64,000 nt of DNA from IMG/VR virus record IMGVR_UViG_3300032318_002198. The stretch is one strand, 5' to 3'. This document shows positions 1-9,057 of this stretch, piece by piece. Made by a program: the position numbers and the translations under genes. The DNA comes from a virus (Duplodnaviria > Heunggongvirae > Uroviricota > Caudoviricetes). Under the pieces are notes generated by a model that had not been told where the DNA came from, searched no databases, and saw only the letters and a list, made by a program, of their open reading frames with translations. The stretch's first letter is position 1. Each line of letters opens with the position of its first letter.

Positions 1-741
1 CACCCTGACCGTGGCGGTGATACTAAGACTTTCCAAGAAATTCAAGCAGCATATGACACATTGAGTGATCCTAGTAAACGAGCTGCATACGATAATCCTC
101 AACCCCAAGGATTTCCGGGCGGATTCCATTTTCAGGGAGGAATGCCGCCCGAATTCGAAGAAATCTTTTCGCACTTTAATCAAACATTCGGTGGAGGATT
201 TCATAGACCTACTAGGAATAAAAATCTTAACATTCAGGCTGCAATAACTCTCGAAGAAGCTTTTCACGGAAAAGAAATATTTGCACAAGTTCCTTTACCT
301 AGTGGAAAAACTGAATCTTTACAAATAAAAATTCCACCCGGAATACATGCTGGTTCTACATTAAGATTGGCCGGAGTCGGGGATAACTCTATACCAAATG
401 TTCCCAGAGGAGATATTTATCTAAATGTTATAGTGCATGAACATCCAGAATTTATTAGAAATGGTAACGACCTAATTAAAAATATCGACATAAATTGTCT
501 TGACGCTATCATTGGAACAAAGGTAATTATAGATACTATCGACGGTAAAAAATTAGAAACAAGTATCCCTCCCGGTACTCAACATGGCAGAATATTTGCA
601 TTCCATGGCTACGGTATGCCTAATATAAATGACTCAAGAATGCGTGGACGTTTCTTGATAACAGTTAATTTGGTTGTACCTACTAACTTATCTCAAGAAA
701 AGCAAGAACTTATCAAAACCATTTTAAAAGAAAATGTTTAA
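1..741 (+). CDS. dnaJ: DnaJ-like co-chaperone (5' truncated by window)
   Basis: Frame is open from base 1 and reads HPDRGGDTKTFQEIQAAYDTLSDP (J-domain HPD motif). It continues with a G/F-rich linker and a DnaJ C-terminal domain (IPPG...GDIYL...RNGNDL); no Zn finger. Confidence 0.92.
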   Translation, partial: HPDRGGDTKTFQEIQAAYDTLSDPSKRAAYDNPQPQGFPGGFHFQGGMPPEFEEIFSHFNQTFGGGFHRPTRNKNLNIQAAITLEEAFHGKEIFAQVPLPSGKTESLQIKIPPGIHAGSTLRLAGVGDNSIPNVPRGDIYLNVIVHEHPEFIRNGNDLIKNIDINCLDAIIGTKVIIDTIDGKKLETSIPPGTQHGRIFAFHGYGMPNINDSRMRGRFLITVNLVVPTNLSQEKQELIKTILKENV

Positions 742-1249
742 CATAATAAAATTCCCAGATCCTTTTTTAAGTAAAAAATTACCAGAATTTGATTTTGCAA
801 ATCCCATTATGGATCCAGAATTAATTGAAAAAGAAATGCTAAAGACCATGTACGCGGCCAAGGGCATAGGGTTAAGTGCAAATCAAGTAGGATTAAATGC
901 CAGAGTGTTTGTGATGGGACATACAGATAATCCCGATGCCGGAAAAGCATTCTTCAATCCAATGATTATCGAAACTGTTGATACACTAGACACATGGGAA
1001 GAAGGTTGCTTGAGCTTCGATGGAATATTTGTTAGCATTAAACGTCCTAAAAAAATACTTGCAAGATGGCAAAATACCAAAGGTGCGTGGGAACAAAGCG
1101 AATTTGATGGATATCACTGTATTTGTTTCTTGCACGAATTGGATCATCTCGAAGGCATTACATTTAAAGATAGAACTAGCACACTTCGGTGGGCACTTGC
1201 AGTGAAAAAAAGTAACAAAGAAAGAAGGCTACATGGTAGAACCAAATAA
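734..1249 (+). CDS. def: Peptide deformylase
   Basis: All three PDF motifs: GIGLSANQVG, EGCLS, HELDHLEG. Confidence 0.95.
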   Translation: MFNIIKFPDPFLSKKLPEFDFANPIMDPELIEKEMLKTMYAAKGIGLSANQVGLNARVFVMGHTDNPDAGKAFFNPMIIETVDTLDTWEEGCLSFDGIFVSIKRPKKILARWQNTKGAWEQSEFDGYHCICFLHELDHLEGITFKDRTSTLRWALAVKKSNKERRLHGRTK

Positions 1250-3494
1250 AGATCTAGAAGAAATTTTTGAAAATGCTATCATATTGGCTATTCAGAATCA
1301 ACATGAATATATAACACTCGAACATTTTTTATATGCCTTGTTGGATAACGAAAACTTTTCTTCAATATTGACTGAGTTTGGTACAAACGTTTCCGATTTA
1401 AAATCAGACGTTGAATCTTATATCAATCAGTCGTTGACTGAAATTATTAACCCTCTTTCCAAGAAACCTAAGAAAACTAATACTGTTGATAAGGTTTTAA
1501 ATAGAGCATTTACAAAAGTCATTTTTGATGGCAAACATACCATTGAACCTGTTGATTGTTTCATTAGCATGTTTTCTGAGAAAAAATCACATGCATATTT
1601 CTTTATTAAAAAGGCAAATATTGATAAAGAAAAGTTTATGTCATTTATTAAACAAGACTCCGACGACGAAGATAATAATGATAATCAACCTCAATCGGAT
1701 CAACTCGAAAAAGTCATCTTACAATATTGCACAGATTTAACTGCTAAAGCTAAAGATAAAAAAGTCGATCCTGCTATTGGTCGTGATAAGGAAATTAGCG
1801 AAATCCAATTAGTACTAGCTAGACGATCTAAATCAAATGCTATTTTAATTGGTGACCCTGGAGTTGGAAAGACAGCGATTGCCGAAGGTATCGCCAGGAA
1901 AATCATCGACGGTGAAGTTCCAAAATTTATTCAAGAACACACTGTTTACAGTTTAGATATTAGCGCATTATTGGCCGGATCAAAATATCGTGGTGATTTT
2001 GAAGAACGTCTTAAAATGGTCATAGCTGCACTAGAGAAGAAAGAAAAATGCATATTGTTCATTGACGAAGCACATATGATGAACGGTGCAGGTGCTAACT
2101 CTGGCAGTAGCAATGATATGAGCAACATGTTAAAATCTACTCTAAGTAGAGGCTCTATAAAAGTTATTGCTAGCACAACATGGGAAGAATATCGCAAACA
2201 CTTTGAAAAAGATCGTGCGTTGATGCGACGTTTTCAAAGAATCGTCATAGATGAACCTGACCAATATACGGCTATCAAGATTCTCAAAGGTATTAAAAAA
2301 TATTACGAAAAGTTTCACAAGGTTAAAATTACAAATCAAGCCGTTATCGATGCTGTAAAATACAGTTCAAAATATATTGCCGATAAAAAATTACCAGATA
2401 AGGCAATTGACCTATTGGATTGTGCATGTGCTAGATTTAAAGTCAGAGACGAGGAAAACGGTACTGTAGATCACGATGAAATTCTTTTCGAAGTTTCTAA
2501 GATGACTAAAATCCCCGTTAGTCAAATGAACGAAAAAGATTCAAACGTCTTAGAAAAATTAGAAAAGAATATGCGTTCATATGTATTCGGGCAAGACAAT
2601 GCCTTAGATGCATTATTGGATAAAATATTCATTGCAAGGGCAGGTCTAAAATCATTGAATCGCCCTGTCGGAAACTTTCTTTTTGTTGGTCCTACAGGTG
2701 TAGGAAAAACAGAAACAGCAAAACAACTTGCAGCAAATCTCAATATTGAATTGGTCCGCTTTGACATGAGCGAGTATCAAGAAAAACATAGTATCTCAAA
2801 GCTTATCGGAGCTCCTCCGGGGTATGTTGGCTACGAAGACAATGCAGGACAGTTGATAACTGAAATACAGAAAAAACCAACTGGTATTTTTTTGTTAGAC
2901 GAAATCGAAAAGGCTCATCCCGATGTTCTAAATGTATTGCTGCAATTAATGGACAATGGTTTTGTTACAGGAAGCAACGGAAAAACTGCCGATGGTAGAA
3001 ATATTATACTAATAATGACCAGTAACTTAGGTGCTAGCGATTCGGAGAAAAACTCCATTGGATTTAACTCCTTAGAAAAAGAAGGTGAACATACTAGTGC
3101 AGTGAATCGATTCTTTGCACCAGAATTTAGAAATAGACTCGATGCTATTATTAAATTCGGTAATCTAGAAAAGACCACTATGGTGAAAATTGTTAAGAAA
3201 TTTGTTGACGATCTGAATCAATTGGTAAAGGACAAGAACATTCACCTTCAGTTAGATAATGCCGTTATTGATTATCTAATTGAAAAAGGATTTGACCGCA
3301 AAATGGGTGCAAGACCTTTACAGCGAGTAATCGACGATCAAATCAAACGTCCTCTAAGTAAAGAAATCTTATTTGGAAAATTAGTAAATGGTGGATCAGT
3401 GTCTGTTAACTTAGAAAAAAATACATTAAAATTAAATATAGCCGAAATTTTGCCCATTAAAGGAGTTAAAAATGTTGCAGAAACTGAAAACTAA
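1233..3494 (+). CDS. clpA: ClpA-type ATP-dependent Clp protease ATPase subunit
   Basis: Clp N-domain and two AAA+ modules (GDPGVGKT/LFIDEAH; GPTGVGKT/LLDEIEK). ClpP-docking IGF loop (NSIGFNS) is present; no ClpB middle coiled coil. Confidence 0.92.
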   Translation: MVEPNKDLEEIFENAIILAIQNQHEYITLEHFLYALLDNENFSSILTEFGTNVSDLKSDVESYINQSLTEIINPLSKKPKKTNTVDKVLNRAFTKVIFDGKHTIEPVDCFISMFSEKKSHAYFFIKKANIDKEKFMSFIKQDSDDEDNNDNQPQSDQLEKVILQYCTDLTAKAKDKKVDPAIGRDKEISEIQLVLARRSKSNAILIGDPGVGKTAIAEGIARKIIDGEVPKFIQEHTVYSLDISALLAGSKYRGDFEERLKMVIAALEKKEKCILFIDEAHMMNGAGANSGSSNDMSNMLKSTLSRGSIKVIASTTWEEYRKHFEKDRALMRRFQRIVIDEPDQYTAIKILKGIKKYYEKFHKVKITNQAVIDAVKYSSKYIADKKLPDKAIDLLDCACARFKVRDEENGTVDHDEILFEVSKMTKIPVSQMNEKDSNVLEKLEKNMRSYVFGQDNALDALLDKIFIARAGLKSLNRPVGNFLFVGPTGVGKTETAKQLAANLNIELVRFDMSEYQEKHSISKLIGAPPGYVGYEDNAGQLITEIQKKPTGIFLLDEIEKAHPDVLNVLLQLMDNGFVTGSNGKTADGRNIILIMTSNLGASDSEKNSIGFNSLEKEGEHTSAVNRFFAPEFRNRLDAIIKFGNLEKTTMVKIVKKFVDDLNQLVKDKNIHLQLDNAVIDYLIEKGFDRKMGARPLQRVIDDQIKRPLSKEILFGKLVNGGSVSVNLEKNTLKLNIAEILPIKGVKNVAETEN

Positions 3495-4152
3495 TCGCCT
3501 GTTTTACGGAAAATATCCGTATAAGATATCGTGCAATTTTGGTACTAGCCATGCAGTTACATATAATATTAGACGACTCCGACACGAGCCTCAAATATTG
3601 CCTCAAATATTAAAATGTAAGCACTCCTTAGAATTAAAGAACATTCTACAAAAATTTCAACCTATATATCAAGATAAAAATTCGCACATACGAATTGAAC
3701 ATCCTTGTGTTAATGTATTTTTACAAAATAAAGAAGAGTATGATAATGTTTACAATCGGTTAAAAGAACATGTAGTAAGTGTTACAGAACCTGCCTCCGA
3801 TATTGAATTAAATGTAATTTCCGATAAAAAACGAATTCTGTGCGATAAACTTCCGCGAGGCAAATATCAATTTAAAGTGTGTTACAAAGGTAATACTCCT
3901 TTTGATATCAAGAAAAATATATGTACATGGGTTGATAAAAATCAAGATAAGGTTTTTTTAACTCCGGTAAACTTATCATTTTTTAAGACAATAAACTTTT
4001 CTTTTCATAGTCAATATATCTATGTAACTGACTCGAAGACGTTATTAATGCTTTCTCTTATAAGTAATGCATATATTTCAGATGTACACGAATATATCGT
4101 TAGATCTAGCATAAATACGGATAATAACCGAGAAACATTATGTCCGCCTTGA
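3472..4152 (+). CDS. Hypothetical protein
   Basis: 226-aa ORF overlapping the clpA stop; no motif recognised. Confidence 0.75.
   Translation: MLQKLKTNRLFYGKYPYKISCNFGTSHAVTYNIRRLRHEPQILPQILKCKHSLELKNILQKFQPIYQDKNSHIRIEHPCVNVFLQNKEEYDNVYNRLKEHVVSVTEPASDIELNVISDKKRILCDKLPRGKYQFKVCYKGNTPFDIKKNICTWVDKNQDKVFLTPVNLSFFKTINFSFHSQYIYVTDSKTLLMLSLISNAYISDVHEYIVRSSINTDNNRETLCPP
4110..4117 (+). promoter_or_regulatory. T4-type late promoter box (CATAAATA)
   Basis: ATAAATA box 22 nt upstream of ATG 4140; the same motif recurs before other late genes. Confidence 0.6.
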
Positions 4153-4544
4153 GCCAAACACTATCATTTACTCCAACCCATACACCTATTACTACTAGCA
4201 CAACTGCGGTGGTATACCCAAATACTGCAACACAAACTTTATCGTTTGTAAGCGGAAAACTAAAAGGTGACGGTTATTTTAGTGGAAGCGACGGCTTTCA
4301 TTCTGTGCAATATACTGCAAATTCTGATTTCTACGGTACAATAACAATGCAAGCTACATTGGCTAGTAATCCCGTGGAAGCAGACTGGTTTAATGTATCG
4401 AATACCAGTGTAACATATACCCCACTGAATGTAAGAAATACATCAACAGTTGATTTATTTAATTTTGTCGGCAATTTTGTTTGGGTTAGAGGACAAGTAT
4501 ATATTAATGACGGTGCCGTAATGAACATACTTTATAATCACTAA
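4140..4544 (+). CDS. Hypothetical, probable virion protein
   Basis: Thr/Ser-rich, beta-type composition; follows a late box. Confidence 0.7.
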   Translation: MSALSQTLSFTPTHTPITTSTTAVVYPNTATQTLSFVSGKLKGDGYFSGSDGFHSVQYTANSDFYGTITMQATLASNPVEADWFNVSNTSVTYTPLNVRNTSTVDLFNFVGNFVWVRGQVYINDGAVMNILYNH

Positions 4545-4565
4545 TTTTTCAAATAATAAAAAAAG

Positions 4566-4573
4566 CATAAATA
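4566..4573 (+). promoter_or_regulatory. T4-type late promoter box (CATAAATA)
   Basis: Box, then GAGGA RBS, then ATG 4596. Confidence 0.65.
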
Positions 4574-4595
4574 CTCGATAGAGGAAATATTTCAT

Positions 4596-5201
4596 ATGCA
4601 TATTATCGATTTGTTAAGAGAATCAAACGTACTAGATCACGAAATAGTCGAAGGTGATTACTTTGATATAGAACTCGATAATTTAATTATCGAGACTTCT
4701 GTTATTAAAGTTTTATCAGACGGAATTTTAATCGAAGCAGACGATACTGCTATGGCCTATCTAGGAATAAACGAAGATCAACATTCAGAAAAAATCGAGG
4801 CATACGGTTACAAATACGACAGAAATGACCGTCGTATTGTTTGGAGGAAAATATTTCCAAATGAAGATGCATTAAATAAATGGGCCGACAGAAATAATGC
4901 CACAGTATTAGGTACCAGAAGTGCTGATAAACCTAGTGAAAGTGTAGAATTAGCATTAGAGGCAGAATATCAAGGACGTAACGTGCCATTGGGTAAACCA
5001 ATGAAGGGGGATGTAAAAAAATCCAAAGTGTATGTCAAGGGACCGAGCGGTCGTGTAGTAAAAGTAAATTTTGGCGATAAGAAAATGAAGATTAAAAAAT
5101 CAAACCCTGCTCGTAGAAAAAGTTTTAGAGCTCGTCATAATTGTGCTAACCCAGGACCGAGACATAAAGCTCGTTATTGGTCATGTCGCGCCTGGGAATA
5201 A
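4596..5201 (+). CDS. Conserved phage protein, acidic N-half and basic C-half; possible internal head protein
   Basis: N-terminus MHIIDLLRE; C-terminal basic module KVNFG...SFRARHNC...ARYWSC..W familiar from T4-like phages. Confidence 0.75.
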   Translation: MHIIDLLRESNVLDHEIVEGDYFDIELDNLIIETSVIKVLSDGILIEADDTAMAYLGINEDQHSEKIEAYGYKYDRNDRRIVWRKIFPNEDALNKWADRNNATVLGTRSADKPSESVELALEAEYQGRNVPLGKPMKGDVKKSKVYVKGPSGRVVKVNFGDKKMKIKKSNPARRKSFRARHNCANPGPRHKARYWSCRAWE

Positions 5202-5204
5202 CAT

Positions 5205-5570
5205 ATGAAATTACTAGAATTTTTCGGAAGATCACATACACCAAAGACTTCTTCGGAGAAAAGCGAAGAAAAGTTTGCTAAAGATGATCTATTTTGGTCA
5301 ATAGTAGATAACGACGAGCTATATAAGAAACATTTCTTTCCGCTTGCAAGAAAAATGAAAACCGAAGGCAAGTATACCAGAGAAAGTATTATTAAAAAAT
5401 TCTTACCTATGGTTAATCAAGGTTGTATGGATTTTGCTAAAAAAGAAAAAATATTTGGAAAACCTTCAAAACTGTTTTCAATTGAACTACGCGAAGAAAT
5501 GTGTGAACGTTTATATGACCACTTTTGCGACGACGTAAAGAAAAACATATATAATCTCGGTGACGATTGA
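5205..5570 (+). CDS. Hypothetical protein
   Basis: 121-aa ORF beginning MKLLEFF; operonic with the previous gene. Confidence 0.75.
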   Translation: MKLLEFFGRSHTPKTSSEKSEEKFAKDDLFWSIVDNDELYKKHFFPLARKMKTEGKYTRESIIKKFLPMVNQGCMDFAKKEKIFGKPSKLFSIELREEMCERLYDHFCDDVKKNIYNLGDD

Positions 5571-5595
5571 CATTCCTACTATAATTTGCTATAAT
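5567..5595 (+). promoter_or_regulatory. Consensus sigma70-type promoter
   Basis: TTGACA (5567-5572), 17 nt, TATAAT (5590-5595); a perfect consensus upstream of 5623. Confidence 0.85.
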
Positions 5596-5622
5596 ATGTG
5601 ACTAACATATTAAAGTGACTAT

Positions 5623-6567
5623 ATGGGCGGACATGTATTTTCAACTCATACTGCACCTATTAAAATAGAAAACATTGATCCTACTCTTAATAGGTACTTT
5701 GAGGAACTAAAACATCTTTTTCCTAAAAAAATCAATATCTTCAACAGTGATATTTTTATTCCACTAGGATCTGTTGGTAAAAAACCTATATCTGGCGATA
5801 TTGATTTGGGTATAGATATCACCTGTGTATTAGATGCTAACATCAGTGATAAATCTATTGCGGAATGGAACATCGATCCTACAAATGTAACCGCAGAATT
5901 TAATATTCTGAAAAAACGTGCTAGAACTAGTTCCGATAAACAGTTGAGAATAAAAGCATTCTTAAAAATTCTTGCACAATATATCAATAAAAATTCTTCT
6001 CATTTACAAGTTGATGAGAAAAAAGTAACCGATGGAAATATGTTCAGTTTATTTCCACAGATTGATCAAACCGGTAATTACATAGGTGTCGGTGTACAGA
6101 TTGATTGGATGATTGGTAATGTTGATTGGTTGAAATTTTCATATTATTCTTCTGCATATCCTGAGAATTCAAACATCAAAGGTTTACATAGAACTCAATT
6201 ATTATTGAGTACCTTTCAACTTGCAGATTTGTCATTTAGCCATGTAAATGGTGTTAAAGATAAAACCAGCGGCGAACTAATTGCAGAGAATCCATCTACT
6301 GCTATCAATGTTTTGAACGATCGATTAAAACTCGATATAACACTTTCTGATGTCGAAAACTATTACCACTTACATTCACTACTAAAGTCGAAATTATCTC
6401 CAAACAAATATAACGAGCTACTAAACGTGTATTTTAAAATTCTCGATAGTACTAGAGCCGATATACCAGATAATATACAGGATGAGTGGATTACTAAACA
6501 ATCCACTCTGAATCTTACTGGTAAATTTTTACCCAACAATTCAAAACTTAAAAGAGTCCTATCATGA
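5623..6567 (+). CDS. Pol-beta-superfamily nucleotidyltransferase-like protein A
   Basis: LGSVGKKPISGDIDLGID (GS...DxD) plus a distal acidic strand VQIDWMI. Confidence 0.7.
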   Translation: MGGHVFSTHTAPIKIENIDPTLNRYFEELKHLFPKKINIFNSDIFIPLGSVGKKPISGDIDLGIDITCVLDANISDKSIAEWNIDPTNVTAEFNILKKRARTSSDKQLRIKAFLKILAQYINKNSSHLQVDEKKVTDGNMFSLFPQIDQTGNYIGVGVQIDWMIGNVDWLKFSYYSSAYPENSNIKGLHRTQLLLSTFQLADLSFSHVNGVKDKTSGELIAENPSTAINVLNDRLKLDITLSDVENYYHLHSLLKSKLSPNKYNELLNVYFKILDSTRADIPDNIQDEWITKQSTLNLTGKFLPNNSKLKRVLS

Positions 6568-7439
6568 GTGGTGTTACTGGCGCTGAACGAGTTAGAAGTA
6601 GACAAGACTTTAATAAATTTTTAATTGGCTATCAACAGTTAATTAAGAAATTTCCTGGTTTTGTTAATATAACTACTTCTGGAAGTTATAATTCAAATAT
6701 TGATAAACAAAACTTTGGAGATATTGATCTCATATTGCAAATCAATTCAACAAACAACAAAACCGATGTTAAAAAAGAACTAGTAAGTTTTTTTACTAAT
6801 CAACCAACTTCAATTATTGTACCCTTCGACTCTGTAAAACATTGTGGAAAAAGAACATACAATTCTGGAGAAATTGTAACTGTTCGATATTACAACGAAC
6901 AACTCGAATACAGTGTACAAATTGATAACATTGTTGCATTAAGTACGCAAGAAGCAATCTTTAAGAAAAAATTCTTGGATATTCCTGCCGAAAAACAAGG
7001 TCTGTTGTTAGGACTAACAAAAATTGCAACTATTGAGTCTGATCCAATAGCACTATTTCAGAAACTTGGAATACAACTATCTGAAAAATTACAATCAAAT
7101 CAAGAATTTGAATTTAACCTTAGCAGTGTTGAACTACAATTAAGGGTAGTAACATACGAACCAAACTCATATAATCAAATATCAAAAGAAGTAGTGTGGA
7201 ATTCACAACAATTTGAAGATGTAAATTCTTTACTTTATCAATATGACCTTGAGCAAGATTTCGATAATCTATTAATACAAATTAAAACTACAATTAAAAA
7301 TCCAAGAAGTAAACATAGACTTACTGGTATGTTTGAAAAAATGATTACTGTTAAATCTGGGGAAATTGGCACTGCAAAAGGCATATCAAAAGAAATATCT
7401 TTGTCAAAAATTAATCAAACGTTGTTGGAAAATGTATAA
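6564..7439 (+). CDS. Pol-beta-superfamily nucleotidyltransferase-like protein B
   Basis: TSGSYNS...FGDIDLIL plus VQIDNIV; ATGA overlap with the upstream gene. Confidence 0.65.
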   Translation: MSGVTGAERVRSRQDFNKFLIGYQQLIKKFPGFVNITTSGSYNSNIDKQNFGDIDLILQINSTNNKTDVKKELVSFFTNQPTSIIVPFDSVKHCGKRTYNSGEIVTVRYYNEQLEYSVQIDNIVALSTQEAIFKKKFLDIPAEKQGLLLGLTKIATIESDPIALFQKLGIQLSEKLQSNQEFEFNLSSVELQLRVVTYEPNSYNQISKEVVWNSQQFEDVNSLLYQYDLEQDFDNLLIQIKTTIKNPRSKHRLTGMFEKMITVKSGEIGTAKGISKEISLSKINQTLLENV

Positions 7440-7982
7440 ATGAAGACCGCTGTGTTTTGTTTTGGCAGAATGAATCCTCCTACATTGGGTCACCGACGGC
7501 TTTTTGATACAATGAAGAGTCAAAGTGGAGATCTTAAAATCTTTTTAAGTAAAAGTCACAACCAAAAAGAAGATCCATTGCCTTATCAGCAAAAGATTTA
7601 TTTTATCAATAGACTTTTTCCGGAATATGGCGGTTATATCATAGAAGATACCAACATTAAAACTGTACTACATGCTGCTAGTTATCTTTATGAAAAAGAA
7701 TATCGCAATGTTACGTTTGTAGCAGGAAGTGATCGTATCGAAGCATTCCAACATTTACTCTTACAATACAATGGAGTATCAAGAAAAGCTCACGGTTATT
7801 ATGATTTTTCAATTTTGAATGTCGTATCCAGCGGTGATCGAGAAGACAACAGCGATGAAATCTCTGGTATTAGTGCTACTAACGCTAGAAATGCTGCCCG
7901 CACCGGAGATTTTGAATCGTTTGTTAAGTCTATTGGGCCCAGTAAATATAATAAAGAATTATTCTCTGCATTAAGAGATTGA
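7440..7982 (+). CDS. Cytidylyltransferase-like (HIGH-family) nucleotidyltransferase
   Basis: FGRMNPPTLGH ((H/T)xGH), VAGSDR and ISATNAR motifs. Confidence 0.8.
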   Translation: MKTAVFCFGRMNPPTLGHRRLFDTMKSQSGDLKIFLSKSHNQKEDPLPYQQKIYFINRLFPEYGGYIIEDTNIKTVLHAASYLYEKEYRNVTFVAGSDRIEAFQHLLLQYNGVSRKAHGYYDFSILNVVSSGDREDNSDEISGISATNARNAARTGDFESFVKSIGPSKYNKELFSALRD

Positions 7983-7993
7983 TCTAGGTTGCA

Positions 7994-8015
7994 CTATATG
8001 ATAAATATCATATAG
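7994..8015 (+). promoter_or_regulatory. Late promoter (GATAAATA 8000-8007) inside a perfect 10-bp inverted repeat overlapping the RBS
   Basis: CTATATGATA-AA-TATCATATAG; the right arm runs into AGGA before ATG 8026. Confidence 0.7.
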
Positions 8016-8025
8016 GAACTATAAT

Positions 8026-8244
8026 ATGGATTTAGATGAACTTAGAAAATTATCCGGTATTTCTGATAAGAGAACAATAAATACTGATATTGGTAGTAAT
8101 ATCAGTATTACCGGTATGGAAAAAGCAAATCTTATGAAGAAGCATAATATTAAGCCCGGAACACCCGAGTGGTTCCGCCTCTGGTACACACGTCCATATC
8201 TTACAAATACTTCACCATTAGATCCTAAATTCAAAAAAGATTAA
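8026..8244 (+). CDS. Hypothetical protein
   Basis: AGGA RBS; MDLDELRKLSGI N-terminus. Confidence 0.75.
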   Translation: MDLDELRKLSGISDKRTINTDIGSNISITGMEKANLMKKHNIKPGTPEWFRLWYTRPYLTNTSPLDPKFKKD

Positions 8245-8246
8245 TT

Positions 8247-8690
8247 ATGAACGAACAACTTCAACAATTGGCTAAAATAGCATTTGCTAGTGAATTTAGC
8301 TTTTACGTAAAGGCACATGGGGCTCATTGGAATGTAACTGGCCCAGATTTTTTACAATATCATGATCTATTTGGTAAAATATATGAAGAAGTTTATTCTA
8401 GCATCGATGATTTTGCAGAAAAGATACGTAGTTTAGGTACATATGTTCCGGCCAGTTATCTAAGATTTGATATGTTAACAAAAGTAGATGACGAAATAGA
8501 AATATTATCTAAAGATGAAATGGTTAGAACATTATTATTAGATAATGAAAAGATGATTGTAATTTTTAGAAAACTCTTTCAAATAGCCGAATCAAGTGGA
8601 GAACACGGATTCGGCGATTTTATAGCTAGCAGGATGGATGCACATGCCAAACATTCGTGGATGTTACGTGCCAGTACTGGAGCAATGTAA
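8247..8690 (+). CDS. dps: Dps / ferritin-like DNA protection protein
   Basis: KAHGAHWNVTG, YHDLFGKIYEE and DDFAEKIRSLG ferroxidase-centre motifs. Confidence 0.9.
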   Translation: MNEQLQQLAKIAFASEFSFYVKAHGAHWNVTGPDFLQYHDLFGKIYEEVYSSIDDFAEKIRSLGTYVPASYLRFDMLTKVDDEIEILSKDEMVRTLLLDNEKMIVIFRKLFQIAESSGEHGFGDFIASRMDAHAKHSWMLRASTGAM

Positions 8691-8691
8691 T

Positions 8692-9057
8692 ATGAGAGCT
8701 AAAGAATTCATCACAGAAAAAACAATTGGCAAGATAAAAAAACGCCAACAGCAATCCTCGAAAGGAATAAATGTTTATTCTGACGGTGAAAAGGCTAGTA
8801 GTGACTATACAGAATATAGATTAGGCTTGGCCCTGGCATGTGCAAATGGGAAAGATCCGCTGGACGTCGATGCCAAAAGTTGGTTTGGAAAGAAAAAAGT
8901 AGCATTTCCATATACAGACGAAGAACAGAAAATGTTAAAGCAAGCGTATAAAGCTGTAGGAGCTAATTGGAAAGATATAAACAACGGTGATCTAGATAGT
9001 GATGAACTTAATACTATAAACACCACCAGTCCTGTTTCAAATTGGATGAAAAAATGA
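8692..9057 (+). CDS. Hypothetical, CTS-like N-terminus
   Basis: Start placed at ATG 8692 (MRAKEFITE), one base after the dps stop. Confidence 0.75.
   Translation: MRAKEFITEKTIGKIKKRQQQSSKGINVYSDGEKASSDYTEYRLGLALACANGKDPLDVDAKSWFGKKKVAFPYTDEEQKMLKQAYKAVGANWKDINNGDLDSDELNTINTTSPVSNWMKK

Noticed and set aside
1233-3494. ClpB disaggregase partnering the adjacent DnaJ
   Set aside because: Lacks the ClpB middle domain and has an IGF loop, so it is ClpA-type.
5623-7982. Known NAD-reconstitution (NARP) or CBASS system
   Set aside because: No PRPP-synthetase-like or phosphoribosyltransferase partner, and no CBASS effector or Cap genes nearby; kept only as an unassigned NTase operon.
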